Source: Campylobacterota bacterium (lineage in GTDB: Bacteria; Campylobacterota; Campylobacteria; Campylobacterales; Sulfurimonadaceae). Taken from it: 20,895 bases of DNA. This document shows, piece after piece, positions 1 through 8,034 of this stretch. The first letter of the stretch is position 1, and every line of letters begins with the position of its first letter. The notes beneath the pieces were generated by a model that was not told the DNA's origin, ran no database searches, and worked only from the letters and a program-made list of their open reading frames with translations. The stretch covers positions 1 to 20,895 of the forward strand of contig JAYEMF010000031.1 in assembly GCA_034717975.1 (NCBI GenBank). Reading direction: 5' to 3'. A program made the position numbers and the translations under genes.

Positions 1-77
1 AAAGCTATAAATACTGTGAAGTAGAAAGTACAGTACTGCAGAAAATATTAATATTATATAGTATTAATCTCTTGGTC

Positions 78-101
78 AAAAAAAAGCGACCCGAAAGCCG
101 C
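78..101 (-). terminator. Rho-independent terminator of the icd...oorC cluster
   Basis: Minus strand reads GCGGCT-TTCG-GGTCGC (6-bp stem with two G-U pairs, UUCG loop) followed by 8 T, starting about 20 nt after the oorC stop. Confidence 0.85.
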
Positions 102-120
102 ATTTTCAAAGAAGATCAGA

Positions 121-675
121 TTACGCCATAGCTTCTTTAGCATATTTTTCGCCAAGATCATAAGCTACTTTATTCACTTCATGGACTTTAGCCGGTACTT
201 TAGAAAGCATTGTTTCAATAAGAGCACCTTTATCAATAGCATTCATCATAGTGTTTGCGATTGCCAAGGCTACAACAGATTGAGTAATTACATTACCAAC
301 CTCTTCTTTAGCGATTGTAATAATCGGAATCTCATAGATAGTCCAGTTCTTTCTATCTTCTTCAGTTGGAGTAATAAGGTTTGGATCGATTACTAAAATC
401 CCACCCTTTTGAACACCGTCTTTGAAAAGATCATAACTCTTTTGTGCAACAGAAAGCATGAAACCGATCTCACCGTCATTTGCATACGGATAATAGATCT
501 CTTTGTCATCCAGCTGAATATCAACAACGGTCGGGCCACCACGTACTTGTGACGTATAGGTTGCAGTTTTTAGTCCGTGACCACCGGTTTTGATCTTTGC
601 AGCTGCAAAAATCTCACCAGCAAGAAGAACACCTTGTCCACCAACGCCTGTAAATCTCATTAATGTTTTACTCAT
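121..675 (-). CDS. oorC: 2-oxoglutarate:acceptor (ferredoxin) oxidoreductase gamma subunit
   Basis: 184 aa; N-terminal GVGGQG motif and YTSQVRGG typical of OFOR gamma subunits; GGAG RBS upstream; last gene of oorDABC. Confidence 0.95.
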   Translation of the reverse strand: MSKTLMRFTGVGGQGVLLAGEIFAAAKIKTGGHGLKTATYTSQVRGGPTVVDIQLDDKEIYYPYANDGEIGFMLSVAQKSYDLFKDGVQKGGILVIDPNLITPTEEDRKNWTIYEIPIITIAKEEVGNVITQSVVALAIANTMMNAIDKGALIETMLSKVPAKVHEVNKVAYDLGEKYAKEAMA

Positions 676-684
676 AGTGTCTCC

Positions 685-1542
685 TTATATTTTTTTCTTA
701 AAGTCATCTTGAGTGATTTTTGCTCTCTCACCTTGATGTGCTTTGATAATTTCTGCATACATGTCGCAATACTCATCAGCTTCAGTATCTTGTTTCAAAA
801 TACCGGTTGGAAATAAGTTAAGCTGCTCTTCCGGTGTCATTGCATCGTATTTCTTTTTAGGAACAGTGATCTTGTCGATCCAGTCAAGGTTGTCCATAGC
901 AGAAACCATTTTGTTTTTACGACCAAGGTTGATATGACAGTTGGAAAGTACTTCAGCCATAGAGAAACCTTTATGCTCCATCGCTTTAATAAGCATTTTT
1001 TCCAACTTTTTAGGGTCGATCATAGTCTCACGGGCAACAAAAGAAGCTCCGGAAGCGATCGCCAGGTCACAAGTGTCAAAAGTCGGGTCGATATTACCGG
1101 CTTTTTGAGTTACCGTCCACATACCTGTTGGTGTAGTTGGAGAGGTTTGTGAATTAGTCAGGCCGTAGATAAAGTTATTGATAACGATCATCGTCATATC
1201 GATATTTCTTCTACAACCATGGATAGTGTGGTTACCACCAATAGCAAGGGCATCACCGTCACCGGCTACACATACGACAAGCTTATCTGGATTAGCAAGC
1301 TTAACACCAGTTGCATAAGCTACTGTACGTCCGTGAGTAGTATGGATAGTGTTGAAATCTACATATGATGAAAATCTACCAGAACAACCGATTCCGGAAA
1401 CAACACATACATCATCTTGAGATACACCCATCTTTTCAATTGCTCTAACAAATGCTTTAAGGATAACACCGTCACCACAACCCCAACACCATAGTGTCGG
1501 CATTTTTTGTAGTCTCAAATATTTTTCATAGTTAAATGCCAT
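685..1542 (-). CDS. oorB: 2-oxoglutarate:acceptor oxidoreductase beta subunit (TPP-binding)
   Basis: 285 aa; WCWGCG, SGIGCSG, HTTHGR, TPP motif GDGD...NN, YGLTNSQTSPTT. Confidence 0.95.
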   Translation of the reverse strand: MAFNYEKYLRLQKMPTLWCWGCGDGVILKAFVRAIEKMGVSQDDVCVVSGIGCSGRFSSYVDFNTIHTTHGRTVAYATGVKLANPDKLVVCVAGDGDALAIGGNHTIHGCRRNIDMTMIVINNFIYGLTNSQTSPTTPTGMWTVTQKAGNIDPTFDTCDLAIASGASFVARETMIDPKKLEKMLIKAMEHKGFSMAEVLSNCHINLGRKNKMVSAMDNLDWIDKITVPKKKYDAMTPEEQLNLFPTGILKQDTEADEYCDMYAEIIKAHQGERAKITQDDFKKKI

Positions 1543-1543
1543 C

Positions 1544-2677
1544 TTATAACTCCTTTACTTTGTTTACAATCTCATAAGGTGAAATCGCTCTACCGTTAAC
1601 CTTAAACAGACCTTCAATATCCAGTCTGGAAGAGGCACGCTGTACTTCAGAGTGGAACTGACCAATATTAAGCTCAACTACTAAAACTTTTTCAATTTTA
1701 TCAGTATGCTCTTTTATCTTCTTGGCAGGTGACGGCCAGATGGTAATCGGGCGGAAAAGACCGGCTTTAATACCCTCATCTCTTAAGTGGCGAATTGATT
1801 CTTTAGCTGCTAGAGAAACTGAGCCGTAAGCTACGATCATAATCTCGGCATCGTCCATCATGAACTCTTCATAAGACTCAACTTCATCTTCATGCAATGC
1901 CACTTTATCTTCAAGACGTTGGATCAATTTTCTACAAGTCTCGATCTCTTCAGTCGGGAAACCGTTTTTATCATGGTGAAGACCGGTAAAGTGGTAGCGA
2001 TAACCTGTAAACATCGGGTTAAGAACCGCTGGCTCATCATGCTCGCACTCATACGGGAAGTACTCATCTGCCGGACCGTCAAATGTTTTTCTTGGAACAA
2101 TTCCAGCTTTTACATCTTCTACAGTAGGAATATCAGCTTTACCGTGCATGTGACCTATAGTCTCATCCAACAGAACGATAACCGGCTGCATAAACCTGTC
2201 AGCAAGATTAAATGCTCTTACCGTTTCGGTATAACACTCAGCTAATGAACCTGCACATAAAGTGATTGATTTGTAATCACCATGTGATGGATTTTTAGAC
2301 TGAAGGATATCACCTTGAGATACACGGGTCGGAAGACCGGTTGATGGACCACCGCGCATAACATTGACACAAACTAAAGGCACTTCAGCCATTTGGGCCA
2401 GACCTAGATTCTCCGCTTTTAAACTCATACCTGGTCCAGAAGTACCAGTCATGGTTCTAACACCAGCCATTCCTGCACCAATTACTGCACAAATTGCTGC
2501 TATCTCATCTTCCATTTGAATACATGTACCACCAACCTTAGGTAAAAGATCAGAGATAACATGCATTACTTCACTTGATGGTGTCAGTGGGTATCCACCA
2601 AAAAACATACATCCGGCATCAACACCTGCAAGCGCTGCCAGTTCATTACCGGTAGATATAATTTCTCTTGTCGCCAT
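1544..2677 (-). CDS. oorA: 2-oxoglutarate:acceptor oxidoreductase alpha subunit
   Basis: 377 aa; GYPLTPSSE (YPITP-like), QMEDEIAA, TSGPG, RGGPSTGLPT; start overlaps the oorD stop (TAATG). Confidence 0.95.
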   Translation of the reverse strand: MATREIISTGNELAALAGVDAGCMFFGGYPLTPSSEVMHVISDLLPKVGGTCIQMEDEIAAICAVIGAGMAGVRTMTGTSGPGMSLKAENLGLAQMAEVPLVCVNVMRGGPSTGLPTRVSQGDILQSKNPSHGDYKSITLCAGSLAECYTETVRAFNLADRFMQPVIVLLDETIGHMHGKADIPTVEDVKAGIVPRKTFDGPADEYFPYECEHDEPAVLNPMFTGYRYHFTGLHHDKNGFPTEEIETCRKLIQRLEDKVALHEDEVESYEEFMMDDAEIMIVAYGSVSLAAKESIRHLRDEGIKAGLFRPITIWPSPAKKIKEHTDKIEKVLVVELNIGQFHSEVQRASSRLDIEGLFKVNGRAISPYEIVNKVKEL

Positions 2678-3024
2678 TATCTAGCTCCTTGTTCTATTGA
2701 ATAGTAGTTATTTGCTTTAATTGCTGCCTGACGCTCTTTAGCCTCATCAGTAAGTTTTGCAAAGCTCAAACCAGCTGCTTTTAAATCAGCTCTCTCTGCT
2801 ACGAAAATAGCAAAGTCCGGACATGACAGTTCACAATCCATACAGCCTATACAAGCTTCCGGATGCTCAATTGCTATCATAGCACCAAGCGTTGAAGAGA
2901 TTTCATATCTCATAGCAAGTACACCTGATGGGCATACCGATACACAAATATCGCATGCTTTACAGTTGTCAGTGTTTACCCATACAGGTTGATCACCTGG
3001 GTTTTCAGTCTTAAAAGTTCCCAT
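2677..3024 (-). CDS. oorD: 2-oxoglutarate:acceptor oxidoreductase delta subunit, 2x[4Fe-4S] ferredoxin-like
   Basis: 115 aa; two ferredoxin motifs, CKACDICVSVCP and CIGCMDCELSCP; strong AGAGGAGA RBS; position directly before oorABC. Confidence 0.92.
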   Translation of the reverse strand: MGTFKTENPGDQPVWVNTDNCKACDICVSVCPSGVLAMRYEISSTLGAMIAIEHPEACIGCMDCELSCPDFAIFVAERADLKAAGLSFAKLTDEAKERQAAIKANNYYSIEQGAR

Positions 3025-3050
3025 TTATTCTCCTCTTTTTAAGTACGAAA

Positions 3051-3350
3051 TTACTTCGTAGAATCGTTGACCATAAATTTTCCGATAGAGCAAGAGACAA
3101 AGCTCTTAGCTTTAAGACCAGCTGAATCAAGCAGACTAATCTCTTCATCGGATAAAGGATAACCAAGTTTTCTTAAAATCGTTTTGAAGTGTGCTGATCG
3201 CGCGTCGTCTGCTACATTAGCTGTTACTTTACGAGGCTCGCACGAGAGATCTACTGATATTTCTGTAAACCCTTCTTCTTCTAACGCTTTAGAGATCGTT
3301 GCAGCACAACCGCTGCAACGAACATTGGCAACCTCTACGGTTTCAAGCAT
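3051..3350 (-). CDS. Heavy-metal-associated (HMA/CopZ-like) domain protein with C-terminal extension
   Basis: 99 aa; beta strand followed by NVRCSGC (CxxC metal site), helix, and the HMA-typical LGY; extra tail AKSFVSCSIGK. ATG overlaps the sucD stop (TAATG) and the ORF fills the sucD-oorD gap. Confidence 0.85.
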   Translation of the reverse strand: MLETVEVANVRCSGCAATISKALEEEGFTEISVDLSCEPRKVTANVADDARSAHFKTILRKLGYPLSDEEISLLDSAGLKAKSFVSCSIGKFMVNDSTK

Positions 3351-4225
3351 TACTTGTTTGCCATTGCCTTGGTTACTGCCGCACCGATTTCAGCAGGACT
3401 TACAACAACAGTTACGCCTGCTGCTTCAAGAGCTTCCATCTTCTCTTTTGCAGTACCGGCAGAGCCAGAAACGATTGCACCGGCATGACCCATTGTTTTA
3501 CCCTTAGGAGCAGTTTGACCTGCAATAAAAGCAACTACCGGCTTAGTGATCTGCTCTTTAATCAGTTTAGCCGCTTGAATTTCAAGGTCTCCACCGATCT
3601 CACCGATCATTACGATACATTCAGTTTCAGGATCTGCTTCAAACATTGGCAGGATCTGCTTATATGAAAGACCGATAATCGGGTCTCCACCAATACCAAC
3701 AGCTGTAGTAATACCATAACCTTCTTGAACAACCTGATTAGTACCTTCGTACGTAAGTGTTCCAGACTTAGAAATAAGACCAACATTACCTTTTTTGAAG
3801 ATCATACCCGGCATGATCCCGATCTTACACTCTTCAGCAGTGATAATACCTGGGCAGTTTGGTCCAATAGTCATCATACCATGCTTAGTAGCATAAGCTT
3901 TTGCAGCCTGCATATCTTTAACCGGAGCACCCTCAGTAATAATTACTGCAAGTTCAATCCCAGCTTCTGCAGCTTCCATTACAGCGTCACCGACAAATGC
4001 AGGTGGAACAAAGATCATAGAAACGGTAGCACCTGTAGTTTTAACTGCTTCAGACACAGTGTTAAATACAGGTTGACCAAGGTGAGTCTGTCCACCCTTA
4101 TTTGGTGTAACACCACCAACAATCTTAGTTCCATATGCCAAACACTGCTCAGCATGGAAAGAACCCTCTTTACCAGTGAAACCCTGAACGATTACTTTTG
4201 TATCTTTGTTTACTAGAATTGACAT
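3350..4225 (-). CDS. sucD: Succinyl-CoA synthetase alpha subunit
   Basis: 291 aa; [30 protein letters not shown], phospho-His motif MGHAGA. Confidence 0.97.
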   Translation of the reverse strand: MSILVNKDTKVIVQGFTGKEGSFHAEQCLAYGTKIVGGVTPNKGGQTHLGQPVFNTVSEAVKTTGATVSMIFVPPAFVGDAVMEAAEAGIELAVIITEGAPVKDMQAAKAYATKHGMMTIGPNCPGIITAEECKIGIMPGMIFKKGNVGLISKSGTLTYEGTNQVVQEGYGITTAVGIGGDPIIGLSYKQILPMFEADPETECIVMIGEIGGDLEIQAAKLIKEQITKPVVAFIAGQTAPKGKTMGHAGAIVSGSAGTAKEKMEALEAAGVTVVVSPAEIGAAVTKAMANK

Positions 4226-5397
4226 TAGTTTCCTTTCGCTGCCGCTACTGCTTTTGCAGCACCGTCACCTAGATCGCTACCAACAATCAAGTTGGCGATA
4301 TTTGCATTTTTAAGAATTTCAGCAGCCTCAGGCGCATTAGTTCCATCAAGACGAACAATAACAGGAACGTTGACATCTGTGATCTTAGTCGCTTCAATGA
4401 TACCGTTAGCAATACGGTCACAACGAACGATACCACCAAAGATATTTACAAAGATAGCCTTGACTTTCGGGTTTTTAAGAATGATCTCAAAACCTTTTGA
4501 AACTGTTTCAGCATTAGCTGAACCACCAACGTCAAGGAAGTTTGCAGGTGTTCCACCCATATGGTTAATTGTATCCATCGTACCCATCGCAAGACCGGCA
4601 CCATTTACCATACAACCAATCTCACCATCAAGAGCTACGTAAGAGAGACCGTAGTGAGCTGCTTCAACTTCGTCCGGATCTTCTTCTGTTAAATCTCTCA
4701 TAGCCAAGATATCCGGTTGACGTCCAAGAGCAGAGTTATCAAAGCCCATTTTTCCGTCAAGTGCGATAAATTCACCCTTACCTGTTTTAACAAGAGGATT
4801 GATCTCGATCATCTCTGCATCATTTTCCATGTAAAGTTTGAAAAGTTTTTGTGCAAATAAGATAATGTTCTTCTGTTCGGCTTTATCTGTAATACCTAAA
4901 CCGAAAGCCAATTCGCGACCGTGAAAACCTTGGAAGCCAATAGCTGGATCAACCGGAACAGTAATAATCTTTTCCGGGGTGTTTTCAGCAACATCTTCAA
5001 TGTTCATACCACCCTCGGTAGATGCCATAATCAGAGGCATTTCCAATGTTCTATCCAGAACAACAGAAAGATATAACTCTTCTTGGATGTCTGCACCATC
5101 TTCGATGTAAAGCTTTTGAACCAATTTACCCTCGGCAGTAGTTTGGTGTGTCACCAAAGTCATACCCAGGATCTCATGAGCCAACGTTTCGACTTCATCA
5201 AGAGTCTTGGCAAGTTTAACACCGCCACCAAGACCACGTCCACCAGCGTGAATTTGAGCTTTAACAACCCAGATAGGACCACCTAACTCTTGGGCAGCTA
5301 CCACAGCATCTTTTACACTCTCGACCATTATACCTTTTGGTGTTGGTACACCATACTTAGCAAAAATCTGCTTCGCTTGATATTCATGAATATTCAT
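4225..5397 (-). CDS. sucC: Succinyl-CoA synthetase beta subunit (ATP-grasp)
   Basis: 390 aa; [60 protein letters not shown]. Confidence 0.97.
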   Translation of the reverse strand: MNIHEYQAKQIFAKYGVPTPKGIMVESVKDAVVAAQELGGPIWVVKAQIHAGGRGLGGGVKLAKTLDEVETLAHEILGMTLVTHQTTAEGKLVQKLYIEDGADIQEELYLSVVLDRTLEMPLIMASTEGGMNIEDVAENTPEKIITVPVDPAIGFQGFHGRELAFGLGITDKAEQKNIILFAQKLFKLYMENDAEMIEINPLVKTGKGEFIALDGKMGFDNSALGRQPDILAMRDLTEEDPDEVEAAHYGLSYVALDGEIGCMVNGAGLAMGTMDTINHMGGTPANFLDVGGSANAETVSKGFEIILKNPKVKAIFVNIFGGIVRCDRIANGIIEATKITDVNVPVIVRLDGTNAPEAAEILKNANIANLIVGSDLGDGAAKAVAAAKGN

Positions 5398-5432
5398 CTA
5401 CTCTCCTTGTTTTAAAATGGAATTATGTTTGC

Positions 5433-5459
5433 ACTGCTCGAGATTTACTCTCTAGCAGT
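5433..5459. repeat. Intercistronic inverted repeat (stem-loop) between fumC and sucC
   Basis: ACTGCTCGAGA-TTTAC-TCTCTAGCAGT: 11-bp arms with one mismatch and a 5-nt loop; no U-tract follows on the transcribed (minus) strand. Confidence 0.7.
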
Positions 5460-5467
5460 ATTGGCTT

Positions 5468-6859
5468 TTAAGCCTTAGGTGCGATCATATCACCCGGAAC
5501 AACATATTTATCGAACTCTTCTTCTGTTAAGAGTCCAAGTTCAACAGCCGTAGCTTTAAGCGTTGATTTGTTGGCATGTGCTGTTTTAGCAATTTTTGCT
5601 GCATTGTCATAACCAATATGCGGGTTAAGCGCTGTGACCAACATCAATGAATCATGCAGGAAATGATCAATATTGTCTTCTATCGGCATAATCCCTACGG
5701 CACAGTTATCATTAAAAGAGACGATAGAATCTGCTAAAAGGCGAGTTGATTGTAAAAAGTTAAGTGCAATAACCGGCTTGAACACATTTAGTTCAAAGTT
5801 ACCTTGACTGGCTGCAAAACCAATCGTTGCATCATTTCCCATAACCTGACAGGCAACCATTGTTACAGCTTCTGATTGTGTAGGATTGACTTTACCCGGC
5901 ATAATCGAGCTTCCTGGCTCATTCGCAGGAATCTCAAGTTCGCCCAAACCACAGCGCGGACCGGAAGCCAACCAACGAACGTCATTAGCTATTTTCATCA
6001 TATCTGCAGCAAGTGCTTTAAGGGCACCATGCGCATAGACAAGAGCATCATGTGATGTCAAAGCATGAAACTTGTTTGGTGCTGTAATAAAATCATGTCC
6101 TGTTAACTCAGACAGTTTTGCTGCAACACGTTCACCCAGTTCAGGGTGTGCGTTCAGACCCGTACCGACAGCTGTTCCGCCAAGAGCCAGTTCACGAACC
6201 GCTTCAAGTGAATCTTTTGCCATCTTCTCACACTTGTTAAGCATCTCAACCCAGCCGCTGATCTCTTGTCCAAGGGTTAGCGGAGTAGCATCTTGAAGGT
6301 GAGTACGTCCGATCTTTACAACAGAGCTGAAGGCTTCACTTTTTGCCTGCAGTGTCGCTTTCAGTTTTGCAATGGCAGGAAGTAAACTCTCTTCTACAGC
6401 GATTACAGCTGCAACATGCAGTGCTGTCGGGTAGGTATCGTTTGAAGATTGTGATTTATTGACATCATCATTTGGGTGAACGAGCTTTTCTGTACGGAAG
6501 TCGCCGCCAAGAATTTCAGTTGCACGGTTGGCCAGCACTTCATTGTTATTCATGTTTGACTGCGTGCCTGAACCTGTCTGCCAGACAACAAGCGGATAGT
6601 TGCCATCAAGTTTACCGGCAAGCATATCATCAGCAGCAGCGGCAATCGCATCAGCTTTCGTTCCATCAAGTTTACCTAGGTCTTTGTTGACTAGGGCAAC
6701 TGATTTTTTAAGAAATGAGAATGCACGCGTAATCTCATACGGCATTGTCTCTTCACCGATAGCAAAGTTATGAATAGAACGTTGGGTCTGTGCAGCCCAG
6801 TAGGCATCAACCGGAACCTGCATTTCTCCCATTGTGTCTTTTTCAATACGAAATGACAT
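5468..6859 (-). CDS. fumC: Class II fumarate hydratase
   Basis: 463 aa; [37 protein letters not shown], signature [13 protein letters not shown]. Confidence 0.97.
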   Translation of the reverse strand: MSFRIEKDTMGEMQVPVDAYWAAQTQRSIHNFAIGEETMPYEITRAFSFLKKSVALVNKDLGKLDGTKADAIAAAADDMLAGKLDGNYPLVVWQTGSGTQSNMNNNEVLANRATEILGGDFRTEKLVHPNDDVNKSQSSNDTYPTALHVAAVIAVEESLLPAIAKLKATLQAKSEAFSSVVKIGRTHLQDATPLTLGQEISGWVEMLNKCEKMAKDSLEAVRELALGGTAVGTGLNAHPELGERVAAKLSELTGHDFITAPNKFHALTSHDALVYAHGALKALAADMMKIANDVRWLASGPRCGLGELEIPANEPGSSIMPGKVNPTQSEAVTMVACQVMGNDATIGFAASQGNFELNVFKPVIALNFLQSTRLLADSIVSFNDNCAVGIMPIEDNIDHFLHDSLMLVTALNPHIGYDNAAKIAKTAHANKSTLKATAVELGLLTEEEFDKYVVPGDMIAPKA

Positions 6860-6861
6860 TC

Positions 6862-7818
6862 TTACTCTCCTTCAAAAAATTTGTTGGCATCGAGCGTATC
6901 GACCAGTGACTGTACTGAGTCACATGATCGTTTAAACATCTCTTTTTCTGTATCGTCAAGCGTCACCTCAATAATCTTTTCAGCACCGTTGGCACCGAGC
7001 ATGACCGGAACACCACTGACAATATCACTGTAACCGTATTCACCTTCGAGGTAAACAGCACATGGATATATCTGTTTTGTATCTTTCAAGATGGCATCGA
7101 CCATAATAGCTGTTGATTTGCCCGGAGCATAATAGGCAGAACCCGTTTTAAGATGAGCAACGATCTCAGCACCGCCATGGCGGGTGCGATCAACGATCTC
7201 TGCTACTTCATCATCACTCAGCAGGTCTGAAAGTGGGACACCGGCAACAGTTGAGTAGCGCGGTAAAGGAACCATATCGTCACCATGACCGCCCATAACG
7301 GATGCACGGATCTGACCACCACCATAGCCCAGTTTTTCCTGAATAAATGAGGCCATACGAGAGCTGTCAAGAATACCGGCCATACCAAGAACACGGCTTC
7401 TATCGAACCCACTCTCTTTCAGTGCCACATAGGTCATGGCATCCAATGGGTTTGAAACCATAATAATAATGGCGTTAGGAGAGTATTTCGCAATACCCTG
7501 AATAACCTCTTTTGTAATGTTTGCATTGATCATCAGAAGATCGTCACGGCTCATGCCAGGAAGACGAGGACTGCCGGCGGTAACAACCACTACATCACAA
7601 TCGACAAGCTGGTCCATCGTTTCAGCGACAGATACAACCGTATGACTACGTATGGCTGAAGCAGCTTGAGACATATCGAGTGCTTTACCTTTAGCAATAT
7701 CTATCTTGTTGTCACGCAAAATAACCTCATGACAAGTACCAAGCATCGCAAGTGAGTAAGCAACAGTTGAACCGACATTCCCTGCACCTACAATTCCAAC
7801 ACGTTTCCCTTTGTTCAT
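6862..7818 (-). CDS. mdh: Malate dehydrogenase (LDH-like family)
   Basis: [22 protein letters not shown] (substrate Arg of MDH), NPLD, GGHGD. Start moved from the ORF-track GTG at 7869 to ATG 7818 (MNKGKRVG, 318 aa), which follows an AAAAGGGG RBS. Confidence 0.95.
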   Translation of the reverse strand: MNKGKRVGIVGAGNVGSTVAYSLAMLGTCHEVILRDNKIDIAKGKALDMSQAASAIRSHTVVSVAETMDQLVDCDVVVVTAGSPRLPGMSRDDLLMINANITKEVIQGIAKYSPNAIIIMVSNPLDAMTYVALKESGFDRSRVLGMAGILDSSRMASFIQEKLGYGGGQIRASVMGGHGDDMVPLPRYSTVAGVPLSDLLSDDEVAEIVDRTRHGGAEIVAHLKTGSAYYAPGKSTAIMVDAILKDTKQIYPCAVYLEGEYGYSDIVSGVPVMLGANGAEKIIEVTLDDTEKEMFKRSCDSVQSLVDTLDANKFFEGE

Positions 7819-7975
7819 GTATGCCCCTTTTATATGTCGTAGTAGATGTACCCTCTTTAACCAATACACTTAAGCACTATGTGCGCACACATACCATTAA
7901 GCATAAAAGGCAAGAAGATACCGTTTAGTGAAGTAAAGACAATTTCGTCTTTTCTCTAAAACTGAAAAGTTTCAG

Positions 7976-8018
7976 AAAAAAGATGAAAGGAGATGGTGCA
8001 TCGCACCATCTTTTTCAT
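7976..8018 (-). terminator. Terminator-like hairpin downstream of icd
   Basis: Minus strand ATGAAA-A-AGATGGTGC-GAT-GCACCATCT-CC-TTTCAT followed by CTTTTTT; perfect 9-bp core plus 6-bp extension, 16 nt after the icd stop. Confidence 0.7.
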
Positions 8019-8034
8019 ATGACTTATCTTTAAT

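Noticed and set aside
3350..5397. sucCD as citryl-CoA synthetase or ATP-citrate lyase subunits
   Set aside because: Lengths and motifs fit canonical succinyl-CoA synthetase; there is no citrate-synthase-like lyase domain.
6862..7869. 17-aa N-terminal extension of Mdh from GTG 7869 in the ORF track
   Set aside because: No RBS before the GTG; the Rossmann fold starts right after ATG 7818, which has a good RBS.
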